Notes under the pieces: generated by a model | The model's database searches: none | What the model saw: only the letters and a program-made list of their open reading frames with translations | What the model was told of the DNA's origin: nothing | In this document: piece by piece, positions 1 through 9,570 of the stretch | How the letters are laid out: every line of letters starts with the position of its first letter | Position numbering within the stretch: the stretch's first letter is position 1 | Assembly (NCBI GenBank): GCA_965203905.1 | Contig: CBDBDQ010000005.1 | Coordinates: forward strand, 5,472,001-5,536,000 | Origin: Spirochaetia bacterium | GTDB lineage: Bacteria; Spirochaetota; Spirochaetia; SZUA-6; Bin103 | Length of the DNA: 64,000 nucleotides | Reading direction: 5' to 3' | Program-made: the position numbers and the translations under genes

Positions 1-321
1 GTGGTCACCGCCCGCGCCAAGGGGGTGGGGGAGCGGCGGCTGTTGTTCAAGTACCCGGTGCGGGTATCGCTGAACCCGATTGTCAGCACCATCGGCTGGA
101 CCCTGCCGGCGATCGTGTCGGGGCAGACCATTACCGCCATCGTGCTGAGCCTGCCCACGGTGGGGCCGCTGCTGCTCGAAGCGCTGGTCAACGAGGACAT
201 CATCCTGGCCGGCAGCGTGGTGATGATACTGAGCTTCCTGACCGTGCTCGGGACACTGCTGTCCGACCTGCTGCTGGTGGTGCTCGACCCGCGCATCCGC
301 TTCGAGGGCGGCAGCCGCTGA
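1..321 (+). CDS. Peptide/oligopeptide ABC transporter permease (DppB/OppB type), 5'-truncated by window edge
   Basis: TARAKG EAA loop and C-terminal LSDLLLVVLDPRIR typical of DppB/OppB. Confidence 0.9.
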   Translation: MVTARAKGVGERRLLFKYPVRVSLNPIVSTIGWTLPAIVSGQTITAIVLSLPTVGPLLLEALVNEDIILAGSVVMILSFLTVLGTLLSDLLLVVLDPRIRFEGGSR

Positions 322-337
322 TGCGCCGGATGCCGCG

Positions 338-1471
338 GTGATGAGGCGCCGAGCCGCGGCCCGTGCCGGAACGGCCGCGCCCGCCGCGAGCGAGCGCTAC
401 TACCTGGCCTCGCAGTGGCAGCTCGCCTGGCGCAAGCTGATCCGCCACCGGCTGGCGCTGGCCGGCGGCGGCGTGCTGCTGCTGCTGTACGTGGCGGCGC
501 TGTTTGCCGGTTTCATCGCGCCCCACGGCCCGTTTACGCGCAACAACGACTTCATCAACGCGCCGCCGACCCCGCTGCGCTTCGTGTCGCAGGACGGGCT
601 GCACCTGCGCCCGTTCGTGTACGCGGTGCGCGGCGAGGTGGACATGGAGTCGCTGCGCCGGCGCTACGCGGAGGACACCTCGCGCCGCTATCCGGTGTCC
701 CTGTTCGTGCGCGGCGAGCCGTACCGGCTGTGGGGTCTGATCGAGACCGACCGCCACCTGTTCGGAGTGGCGGCGCCGGGCGTGATCTACCTGCTCGGCA
801 CCGACGACCTGGGCCGCGACATGTTGGCCCGCGTGCTGCACGCCGGCCGCATCTCGCTCTCGATCGGCCTCCTCGGGGTGGCGTTCAGCTTCGTGCTGGG
901 GCTGCTGTTCGGCGGCCTGTCGGGCTACTACGGCGGCGCCGCGGACCTGGTGATCCAGCGCGTGGTGGAGTTCCTGATCAGCATCCCGCAGATCCCGCTG
1001 TGGATGGCGCTGAGCGCCGCGCTGCCGGCCAACTGGCCGCCGCTGCGGGTCTACTTCGGCATCACCATCATCCTGTCGATCGTCGGCTGGACCGGGTTGG
1101 CGCGGGTGGTGCGCGGCAAGCTGCTGGAACTGCGCGAGAGCGACTTCGTGATGGCGGCGCGGGTCGCCGGCGCGCTGGACGGCGCCATCATCCGGCGCCA
1201 CCTGCTGCCGTCGTTCATGAGTTACCTGATCGTGAGCCTGACGCTGGCGGTGCCCGGCATGATCCTGGGCGAGACCGCGCTCAGCTTCCTCGGCCTCGGC
1301 CTGCGCCCGCCGGTGGTGAGCTGGGGCGTGCTGCTGCAGAAGGCGCAGAACCTGCGCACCGTGGCGCTGCACCCGTGGCTGCTGATTCCCGCCGGCTTCG
1401 TGGTCGTTACCGTGCTCGCCTTCAACTTCCTCGGCGACGGCCTGCGCGACGCCGCCGATCCTTACAAGTAG
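338..1471 (+). CDS. Peptide ABC transporter permease (DppC/OppC type)
   Basis: LLGTDDLGRD motif, EAA loop FVMAARVAGA, C-terminal FNFLGDGLRDAADP. Confidence 0.92.
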   Translation: MMRRRAAARAGTAAPAASERYYLASQWQLAWRKLIRHRLALAGGGVLLLLYVAALFAGFIAPHGPFTRNNDFINAPPTPLRFVSQDGLHLRPFVYAVRGEVDMESLRRRYAEDTSRRYPVSLFVRGEPYRLWGLIETDRHLFGVAAPGVIYLLGTDDLGRDMLARVLHAGRISLSIGLLGVAFSFVLGLLFGGLSGYYGGAADLVIQRVVEFLISIPQIPLWMALSAALPANWPPLRVYFGITIILSIVGWTGLARVVRGKLLELRESDFVMAARVAGALDGAIIRRHLLPSFMSYLIVSLTLAVPGMILGETALSFLGLGLRPPVVSWGVLLQKAQNLRTVALHPWLLIPAGFVVVTVLAFNFLGDGLRDAADPYK

Positions 1472-1555
1472 CGGCTCGGACGCAAGCGCAGCAAGACGAG
1501 TTGGCTCCGGCGGCGACTCGTGTGCTATCCTCCCAAAGCCGACCGTGCACCGACT

Positions 1556-3172
1556 ATGGCAGCACCACTGACCGCAATTGGAAGCGGCCTGCCGGTGTCC
1601 ATCGAGGATCTGATCCATGCGCGCTCCGTCGGGGACAACCGGCGCGAGTTCAAGGCCGCCTGGAATCCGGCTACCAAGGCGGCCGTCGTCCGCTCGATCT
1701 GTGCATTCGCCAATGACCTGCTGAATCTGAACGGCGGATATGTGATTCTGGGCGTCGCGACCGATGCCCGAGGGAATCCCGTTCTCCCGCCGCGCGGCTT
1801 GGAGAATGCAAACGTAGACACCATTCAGCGAGAGATACTCGGACAGTGCAACCGGATCCATCCGCGCTATCATCCCGTGCTGTTTCCTGTTCGGAGCCGG
1901 TGTTTCCGGGGGCCACGATCGACGTCGTGCAGTTCGCGGATGGGGCCGGCGGCGATCTCATCGAGGAGAAGACGTTTCGGGGACCGCTGCACCACCAGGT
2001 CAGACAGACGCTGAGCTACCTGGACTCGCTCGGCAGCACGGTGATCGAGAAAGTGCCAGGCAGAGCGGAAGTAGACAGGACGGTGACCTATCCGCACGAG
2101 GCGATTCGGGAAGCGGTGGTGAACGCCGTCTATCATCGTTCCTACCAGGAGGTCGAACCGACCAAGATCTACCTGTACCCGGATCGAATGGAGGTCACCA
2201 GCTATCCCGGACCGGTGCGGGGAATCGATCTACACCATTTCGCGCGTAACGAATCGGTGCCCGCGGTGCCGGCGAGGAACCGGCGAATCGGAGGATTTCT
2301 GAAGGAACTCAAGCTCGCCGAGTCCAGGGGGACCGGTGTACCCAAGATCCGCCGCCACATGAGCGAGAGCGGGTCGCCGGAGCCGCGTTTCGACTTCGAT
2401 GAGGCGCGGACCTATTTCCGCGTGATTCTGCCCGTTCACCCACGCTATCGGGTGATCCACGCGCTGCGCGAGAGTGCGTTGTTGTGGGCCACCGGCAAGC
2501 GCCGTGAAGCGCTCAACCACCTGTTACGGGTGGCGCAGGATCAGCCCGGCTCCGGCGCCGTCACCGGGCAGCTCATCGAGTACGCCGGGGCGCTCGAAGA
2601 CCTTGGCCTGGCGCAGACCTGCCTGGAACGTTTCGAGTCGGCAGCGGATCGAACCGAGGGCTCGCTGCCTTATCTGCGCTATGCAGCGGTGCTGCTGAAC
2701 CGGGGACAGGACGACGAAGCGCGCAGGTGGCTGAGCCGAGTTCCCGTTACCAGCGGCTACGGTGATCTTCTCGAAGCCGCGCTCCTGAGCAAGCGAGCAC
2801 GAGATTACCGCGAGGCGCATCGACTGTTTCGACAGCATCTATCCCCGTGCCAACGATGACCCCAAGGTGGTGCAGGAATTCGCTCAGACCAAGCTCGCGC
2901 TGGCCCGCGCTCTGCGCCCGCGCGGGCGCGATCTGGCCACCAAGAAGACACTCAATCGACAAGCGGTCGAACTGCTGCGCCGCGCGATCCCTCTGACCGA
3001 TGATCCGACGCGCAAGGCATGGTGCTGGTTCGATCTGGCTCAAACGCTGGCCTGGCTGCGCGATCCGAAGAGCGACGTCGAGCACGCATACCTGCAGGCG
3101 ATGGCACTCAAGCCGGACGAAGACCGGTTTCAGGAGCGTTACGATGAGTGGCGCCACAGGATTGCAGAGTAA
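1556..3172 (+). pseudogene. Disrupted AlbA_2 (Schlafen-like) + HATPase_c_4 (RecG C-terminal-like) + TPR-like protein, in three fragments
   Basis: Fragment 1: REFKAAWN..ICAFAND..NGGYVILGV (AlbA_2). Fragment 2: YPHEAIREAVVNAVYHRSY..RNRRIGGFLKELKLAESRGTG (HATPase_c_4). Frame switch near 1890 with the middle of the protein apparently missing. Removing one T from ctgtttcgac (~2827) fuses fragments 2 and 3 as LFDSIYPRANDDPKVVQEF. Confidence 0.78.
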
Positions 3173-3320
3173 GGTCGCTGTTCGCTCGCTGCAATGTCGT
3201 TTCTCCGTATAAAATAGGCGGGACCGTCCAACTCGTCCCGGAAGTGAAAGAAGCCATCTTCAAGCAGGTGACTTAGAGGACCAGTAACGGTATACCATTA
3301 ATAGACCAGGATGGCGTGGA

Positions 3321-4067
3321 TCACCGTTGGTTGCCCGCTACGTTTTTCATTTTATTCTTTCTCCTCAACTCCTTTCTTAGGAAGTAATTTTTTAGAATTC
3401 CTGTTCCGTTCAGGTTTTTTATTTCATCCAATATCGGCCCCATAGGAGCCGCTGAATCGGAGAAGCTTGCATAGTAAAGATGTGGGATTCCACGTTCACA
3501 GACAAACTCGAGGAGACTTACACTGTGATTCGCTAGCACTCGATCATAATTGGACGCGGACCGCAAATCTTGTCCGCTAGGACCATCCATCCGGTACATC
3601 GAAGGATTCGGATTAGGATGGTTGTGGAAAACAACGATGGTATCTGATCGGAATGTTCTGGTGGCATCGAGCAATGAACCCATCTCCAAGAAAGACGCCA
3701 CAGTATACCGGTCTGGCCCCTTGTTCCACCATAGCATTGAAGCTCTGAAAGACCGAACAAATGCTACTACTATCCACTCGTGCTTCTTGTACTTCAGTAA
3801 TCCTGCAACGCGAGCTGGAAGATCGGTGAATCTCACATCGCAGCCGATGAACTCACCTTCGCTACGCATTGCCTTCTTCTCTTCAGCGGTTGCTGGCTGC
3901 GGTACACTGGAGAAATGGAACTTTGATAGCGCGCGGCTCCGTTGACGCTTCCTCGACAACGTCTGAACCTCCTGACGGCTGAGTGGCTTGGAGTTTAGAG
4001 CTACGTCAATCACCCAAATCAAAAGAGCTATACCGACAGTGCCAAGAAAAAAGGATAGGGCATCCAT
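3321..4067 (-). CDS. N-terminally membrane-anchored RadC-like JAB/MPN domain protein (low GC)
   Basis: AGGAG SD before ATG; hydrophobic N-terminus; E(HEWIV)...VFHNHPN...PSGQD JAB metal motif; visibly AT-richer than flanks. Confidence 0.72.
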   Translation of the reverse strand: MDALSFFLGTVGIALLIWVIDVALNSKPLSRQEVQTLSRKRQRSRALSKFHFSSVPQPATAEEKKAMRSEGEFIGCDVRFTDLPARVAGLLKYKKHEWIVVAFVRSFRASMLWWNKGPDRYTVASFLEMGSLLDATRTFRSDTIVVFHNHPNPNPSMYRMDGPSGQDLRSASNYDRVLANHSVSLLEFVCERGIPHLYYASFSDSAAPMGPILDEIKNLNGTGILKNYFLRKELRRKNKMKNVAGNQR

Positions 4068-4239
4068 GAAACGACTCCTGCGCCTATATTCGCTCCTTCA
4101 GTCTACCATACTCTGCGCCTGTCACTTGAGCGATAGCCAATTTGGCACGGAGGTGCGGTAACATCTCGCATGTGCTAAACAACGGTAGCGGCATGCCGGG
4201 ACTCGAGCGGCGATGAATTCGACCACGTCGAGGGTAGTC

Positions 4240-4480
4240 GTCGCCATCTCGGCTACCTATCTTGCCGACATGGGCACTCAGGCTGCGCTTCCCGCATGTC
4301 ACGCGCTTCGGCGGTGACTCTCGGAGTGGTACGGGCCGGTGGCGCAGGACTGCTTCAACCTTGATCCGGTATACGGCGCCATCGCAGATTCATCCGACTG
4401 ATGTCGGACTGCCGCGGGTGAGTTCGCGATCACGATGGTGGCCCTGCCCGACATCAGTAGCTGGGCTAGCACCTCTCGAC
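4240..4480 (+). pseudogene. Decayed fragment paralogous to the 5' part of the adjacent GH13 gene
   Basis: Colinear matches about 512 bp upstream of the intact gene: gacatgggca (4267 vs 4779), ggtggcgcaggactg (4338 vs 4850), gatccggt (4363 vs 4875), with indels. Confidence 0.75.
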
Positions 4481-4646
4481 CGTCACCTGTATCGTAGGGC
4501 TCCGTCATACGTCGGTTTCGTCGCCGGCCGGTTCGTCGCCAGATGGCGGATTTCTTGTGATCGATGCGCTGCATTCCACGAAGACGAACCCGCGGTGATC
4601 CCGCCCTTGCCTCAAGCCGCCCTTCGGGCAGAGTATCGATCCCGAC

Positions 4647-6005
4647 ATGGCTAAGCCGAAAGGGTGGTGGACCACCCATCCGACGATTCTCACGGTAACG
4701 GTGGCGGGGTGCTGGGACTCGAACGGCGACGGGATCGGCGACTTCGAGGGTATCCGCCGGCACCTCGACGAGCTCATCGACATGGGCATCACCGGGCTGC
4801 GTTTCCAACACGTGACCCGATTCGACGACGACTTCGAGTGGTTCGGGCTGGTGGCGCAGGACTGGTTCGACGTGGATCCGGTGTACGGCACCATGGCCGA
4901 CTTCGAGCGGCTGATGGCCGACTGCCGCGCCCGCGACTTCAAGATCATGGTGATGGCCGTGCCGGAGTACCTGGGCTGGCGCCACCCGGACTATCTGGCG
5001 GCGAAGGAGGCGCGTGCGGCCGGCGTCGACGATCCGCGCATCGGCTGGTTCGGCTGGGAGGATGACGGCAGCGTCACCCTGACCTGGAGCCGCCCCGGGC
5101 CCGACCTCGCCAATCCCTCCTACGTGGACGCCTACCTGAAACACGTGGCGTTCTGGATGGACAAGGGCATCGCCGGCTGGGACGTCGATGCGCCAACCAC
5201 CTGGCACCACTTCAACCTGGACGCGGTGCGTGCGCTCACCCGCTGCGTCAAGGCACGCGGCGGCTTCGTGACCAGCGAGAACCTGGCGCTGGAGCACGAC
5301 ATCATCCGCCAGGGCGGATTCAACGCCGGCACCGGCGTCCGCCGCATCCAGCTCTACCACGAGGTGCAGGCGATGCTGGACCGCGACGCGGATCACATCC
5401 GCCGCGGCATGGCGCGGCGGCGGCAGCTCATCGAGGCAGGCATGTTTCCGTACCAGCAGTTCGGCGACGACATGTACGAGCAGTACAGCGGCAAGAACCT
5501 GCCCTGGAAGGTGCAGATGTTCCGCCTGCAGGTGGCCTTCAACGCCGCGCTGCCCGACCAGGTGTGGGCGTTCGCCAACACCATCGCCTTTCCCACCGGG
5601 CCGCTGCAGCCCCTGCCCTCGCTGGATTGCGTGTGCTGGGGGCAGCTCGACCTGCCGGAGATCGAACGCCAGAAGGCCGAGCCGCACTCCCCATTCGGCT
5701 TCTTCACGCGCATGATGGCGTTGCGCGCGCGGGAAAAGGCGCTGGCGATCGGCGACATGCAGGAGCTGCCCACCGACCGCCGCCGGCCGGTATTCGCGGC
5801 GCTGCGCACCAGCGAGTATGGCACGGAGCGGGCGGTGACCGTGTTCAACTTCAGCGGCGAGCCGTGCCGGGTGCGAGTCACGTTGGGGGAGGGGATCGAT
5901 ACCCTGCGCAACTACCTCAGCGGCGAGGTGATCCGGCCTGTCGGCGGGACCTTGACGGTGGATCTCGGCCGGTTCGGCTTCAAGCTGTTCGCCGTGATCG
6001 ATTGA
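4647..6005 (+). CDS. Divergent alpha-amylase family (GH13) glycoside hydrolase
   Basis: DSNGDGIGDFEGI, VDPVYGTMADFERL, catalytic-like GWDVDAP and SENL, C-terminal beta-sandwich VFNFSGEP. Confidence 0.85.
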   Translation: MAKPKGWWTTHPTILTVTVAGCWDSNGDGIGDFEGIRRHLDELIDMGITGLRFQHVTRFDDDFEWFGLVAQDWFDVDPVYGTMADFERLMADCRARDFKIMVMAVPEYLGWRHPDYLAAKEARAAGVDDPRIGWFGWEDDGSVTLTWSRPGPDLANPSYVDAYLKHVAFWMDKGIAGWDVDAPTTWHHFNLDAVRALTRCVKARGGFVTSENLALEHDIIRQGGFNAGTGVRRIQLYHEVQAMLDRDADHIRRGMARRRQLIEAGMFPYQQFGDDMYEQYSGKNLPWKVQMFRLQVAFNAALPDQVWAFANTIAFPTGPLQPLPSLDCVCWGQLDLPEIERQKAEPHSPFGFFTRMMALRAREKALAIGDMQELPTDRRRPVFAALRTSEYGTERAVTVFNFSGEPCRVRVTLGEGIDTLRNYLSGEVIRPVGGTLTVDLGRFGFKLFAVID

Positions 6006-6081
6006 CCGATAACGACGGAGTCTGAGCAGCTATCATGATGCTGGACGAACATAATGTTGTTCCGGCATAATACTTCGTGAA

Positions 6082-7482
6082 GTGAGGCTGGCTTTTCTCA
6101 ACCGACAGCGTGAGTTGACCAGGCTGCGCCGTGCGTTGGCGCGCCCGGGCGAGTCGCTGATCGTCGTCTACGGGCGGCGCCGGTGCGGCAAGTCGCGGCT
6201 GCTGCAGGAGGCGCTGCGCGAACACCGGCACGTGTACTACGTGGCCGACTTGAGCGCCGCCGGTATCCAGCGCCAGGCGCTGGCGGTGGAGATGGAGCGG
6301 GTTGTGCCGGGCTTTGCCACCGCATCCTATCCTGATTGGACAGCGCTCCTGGAAACCTGGTGTGCGCGGGCGCCTGACGGCGCCTGGCTGGTATTGGATG
6401 AGTTGCCGTATCTGGTGCAGGTCTCCCCGGCGCTTCCGAGCATCATTCAAAAGCTGATCGACGCGCCACGCACCGGGTCGCCGCGGCTGCTGCTGTGTGG
6501 TTCTTCACAACGCATGATGCACGGCCTGGTCCTGGACGAGACCGCGCCGCTGTACGGCAGAGCCGCGGAGATCATCAGGGTCACCCCCATGCCGCCTGCC
6601 GCGCTGCGGGATGCGCTGCAGCTGGACCCGGAACAGAGCGTGGTTGCGTATTCCATATGGGGAGGGTTGCCGCGCAACTGGGAGCTGGCGGCGGACTACG
6701 GCTCCACGGCGGAGGCGATCTCGGCACTCATCCTGGACCGCAACGGCGTGCTGCACGGGGAACCGTCCCGTCTGCTGCTTGACGATGGGCGCAGCATCGT
6801 ACAGGCCAACTCGCTGCTGGCACTGATCGGCGCAGAGTGCCACCGTATAAGCGAGATCGGTGGGCGTCTCGGCCAGCCGGCGACCAGCCTGACCCGTCCG
6901 CTGAGCCGGCTGATCGAGCTTGGCTACGTCCGGCGCGAACTCCCGTTTGGCGAGAGTACGCGGTCCACGAAACGCACCGCGTATCGTCTGGATGATCCGT
7001 TTCTGCTGTTCTGGTATCGATTCGTGGCGCCCAACCGTTCCCGTCTGGAGGCCGATCTCATCGCGCCGGTATACGCCGACGTGCGCACGCGACTCGCGGG
7101 CCACGTAGCGGAGGTGTGGGAGTGGCTGGCGCGAGATTCCGTGGCTCGCATGACGCTGCACGGCATGGACTGGAACCCCGCTGCGCGCTGGTGGGGCCGA
7201 GGTTCCGATGGGGTGCCACTGGAGCTCGACGTCGTGGCCGAGTCCTCTGACCGGCGCCATCTGCTCGTCGGAGAGGTGAAGTGGACGGACCGTTTCCGCC
7301 CGGCGAGCGTGCTTGCCGACCTCAAGCGCAAGGCGCAGCAGTTGCCGTTCCGCCGCGGCCGGCGGGTGCACTTTGCACTGTGGATGAAGCGCACTGCCGC
7401 CACCGCGGTGGATGGAGTGCCCGTCATCGGGCCGGACACCGTGCTGGACCGAACGGCAGGAGGGAAAGCGCGCGCTCACTGA
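6082..7482 (+). CDS. Archaeal-type ATPase (ATPase_2) with wHTH, DUF234 and C-terminal PD-(D/E)XK-like domain
   Basis: FLNRQREL, Walker A YGRRRCGKS, Walker B LVLDELPY, LCGSS, YRLDDPFLLFWYRF, ELDVV..VGEVKW. Confidence 0.85.
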   Translation: MRLAFLNRQRELTRLRRALARPGESLIVVYGRRRCGKSRLLQEALREHRHVYYVADLSAAGIQRQALAVEMERVVPGFATASYPDWTALLETWCARAPDGAWLVLDELPYLVQVSPALPSIIQKLIDAPRTGSPRLLLCGSSQRMMHGLVLDETAPLYGRAAEIIRVTPMPPAALRDALQLDPEQSVVAYSIWGGLPRNWELAADYGSTAEAISALILDRNGVLHGEPSRLLLDDGRSIVQANSLLALIGAECHRISEIGGRLGQPATSLTRPLSRLIELGYVRRELPFGESTRSTKRTAYRLDDPFLLFWYRFVAPNRSRLEADLIAPVYADVRTRLAGHVAEVWEWLARDSVARMTLHGMDWNPAARWWGRGSDGVPLELDVVAESSDRRHLLVGEVKWTDRFRPASVLADLKRKAQQLPFRRGRRVHFALWMKRTAATAVDGVPVIGPDTVLDRTAGGKARAH

Positions 7483-7682
7483 GTTGGCCGTGGAGGACGA
7501 TCTGGACGTGGGACCTTCCAGAGCGTCTATCGGTCCGCACCGTCGCGCGTGGCCTGCAATGCTCCCGTGCTGTTGGGGGAGACCCTCCGGTTGGTATGAG
7601 AAAGTTGCCGATATGACCTCAAGGCGTTCCGGACATTTGCCGATATAGAAAAGTGAGGGCGTTACGCTCCTTGAGAGTTGCG

Positions 7683-7726
7683 AAGCCGCCGGGGTTTTTT
7701 CTTCTCCTTACCCGGCGGCTTTTTTT
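7683..7726 (+). terminator. Intrinsic terminator between convergent transcription units
   Basis: Stem aagccgccggg / cccggcggctt followed by a T run on the + strand. Confidence 0.75.
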
Positions 7727-7737
7727 GTCGGTTCGGG

Positions 7738-8601
7738 TCAGCCCTTGACGGCGCCCATGGTCATGCCGGCGATGAAGTAGCGCTGGAAGAACAGAAACAC
7801 CAGCAGGGTAGGCAGGCTGGCGAGCAGCGACAGGGCGCCCTGCACCCCCCACGCAACCGTGTACTGCCCGCGCAGGGACACGATCCCCAGCATGATGGTG
7901 CGCTTGTTGTCGCTCTGGGTGAAGATCAGCGGCCACAGGAAGTCGTTCCAGATCCAGGTGAACTGCAGGGTGCCCAGCACGGCCAGGGCTGGCAGGCTGA
8001 CCGGCAGTGCGACGCGGGTCAGCACGCGCCACTCGCTGGCGCCCTCGACGATGGCGGCTTCGCGCAGCGCTCCGGGCACCGTGGCGAAGAAGTTGCGCAT
8101 CAGCAGGGTGCAAATCGGGATGCCCATGGCGACGTGGACGATGATCATCGGCCACAGGGTGTCGAGCAGGCCGAGCCGGTTGAACATGCGGAACAGCGGA
8201 ATCAGGACGATCTGCGGCGGGAAGAACATCCCCGACACGATCACGATGAACAGCAGTTCGCTGCCGCGGAAGGGCAGCTTGGAGAACACGTACCCGGCGA
8301 GGATGCCGAGCGTGATCGAGCCGGCGGTGGCCGGCGCCGTGACCAGGAACGTGTTGATGAAATAGTGCTTGACCGACGGATGCGAGAGCGCCACCGCGAA
8401 GTTGGACAGGTCGAGGGTGCGCGGGATTGCCCAAAGGGTGCCGAAGGCGATGTCGCGGGTGCTCTTCAGCGCGCTCAGGATCACCCCCAGCGTCGGCATC
8501 AGGAACAGCAGCGCCAGCAGCGTGAGGGCGCCGAGCAGCACGCCGATCCAGGGTGAGATCCGCCGCCGCCGGTCCGGCGCCGTCACCGCAACGTCAGTCA
8601 T
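7738..8601 (-). CDS. Carbohydrate ABC transporter permease (MalG type)
   Basis: EAAIVEGASEW loop, WNDFLWPLI, FQRYFIAGMTMGAVKG. Confidence 0.93.
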   Translation of the reverse strand: MTDVAVTAPDRRRRISPWIGVLLGALTLLALLFLMPTLGVILSALKSTRDIAFGTLWAIPRTLDLSNFAVALSHPSVKHYFINTFLVTAPATAGSITLGILAGYVFSKLPFRGSELLFIVIVSGMFFPPQIVLIPLFRMFNRLGLLDTLWPMIIVHVAMGIPICTLLMRNFFATVPGALREAAIVEGASEWRVLTRVALPVSLPALAVLGTLQFTWIWNDFLWPLIFTQSDNKRTIMLGIVSLRGQYTVAWGVQGALSLLASLPTLLVFLFFQRYFIAGMTMGAVKG

Positions 8602-9475
8602 ACAGCTCGTCCAGTTTCCTGAGCTGGCGGAAGTAGATGGTGATCACGCTCAGCGTCATCAGGAACAGTATCACCGAGATCGAGCTGCCGTAGCCGATCC
8701 GGTACTTCTTGAACGACTCGCTGTACATGTACATCGCCAGGGTGTCGGAGGAATGGAACGGTCCGCCGCCGGTCATGATGAACAGGATGTCGAACGCCTT
8801 CAGCGAGTTGATCACGCTCAGCGCCACCGCCACCACCGTGGCCGGGCGCAGCAACGCCAGCACCACGTAGCGGATGCGCTGCCCGCGGGACGCGCCCTCG
8901 ATCTCCGCCGCTTCCAGCAGGTAGGTGGGAATCGAGGTGAGGCCGGCCAGAAAGATCACCATCGCCAGCCCCATCTGCTGCCACGACCAGGCGACGATCA
9001 CCGAGTAGAGGGCGGTCTCCGGCTCCGCCAGCCAGGCGAAGGTGGGCGGCGCCCCGGTCACCGCCTCGATGCCGGCGTTGAGCAGCCCCCAGTCGGGCTG
9101 GTAGATCCAGATCCAGATCTGTCCCACCACCACGGCGGCCAGGCAGATCGGCAGGTAGAAGATCGACTTGAACGCTTTGCCGAGGGGCACCTGAGTGTCG
9201 AGCATCAGCGCCAGGATCAGTCCTCCGGCGGTGGGTAGCACGATCGCCAGGGCGGTCCAGATCAGCGTATTGACCGTGGCGTTGGTGAACAGGCGGTCGG
9301 TCACCACGCCGGCGAAGTTGTCCAGCCCCACGAACCGGTAGTCGCGGCTGAAGCCGCTCCAGTCCGTGAAGCTGTAGTAGAAGCTGTTGAGCAGCGGCCA
9401 GATGACGAATGCGGCGAACACCGCCAGCGGCAGGAACAGCAGCGCGATCCGCCAGAACGCCTCTTTGCGCTTCAT
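8594..9475 (-). CDS. Carbohydrate ABC transporter permease (MalF type)
   Basis: FVGLDNF, LLEAAEIEGAS, MTGGGP; overlaps the next permease. Confidence 0.93.
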   Translation of the reverse strand: MKRKEAFWRIALLFLPLAVFAAFVIWPLLNSFYYSFTDWSGFSRDYRFVGLDNFAGVVTDRLFTNATVNTLIWTALAIVLPTAGGLILALMLDTQVPLGKAFKSIFYLPICLAAVVVGQIWIWIYQPDWGLLNAGIEAVTGAPPTFAWLAEPETALYSVIVAWSWQQMGLAMVIFLAGLTSIPTYLLEAAEIEGASRGQRIRYVVLALLRPATVVAVALSVINSLKAFDILFIMTGGGPFHSSDTLAMYMYSESFKKYRIGYGSSISVILFLMTLSVITIYFRQLRKLDELYD

Positions 9476-9570
9476 CGTCCGGCCTGGGGGAGAGGGCTGC
9501 GCCGCGCGCCGTTGCAGCCCGATTGCACGCTCGGGCGCAGCCTCTCCGGCAATCTACCTGTCTGTCCTGC

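Noticed and set aside
200-1873. 557-aa minus-strand ORF and similar long alternative-frame ORFs over metabolic genes
   Set aside because: They overlap well-supported genes on the opposite strand and lack motifs.
2820-2870. Programmed frameshift joining the HATPase and TPR parts
   Set aside because: No slippery heptamer or stimulatory structure; a 1-nt insertion or sequencing error is simpler, and the gene has a second lesion.
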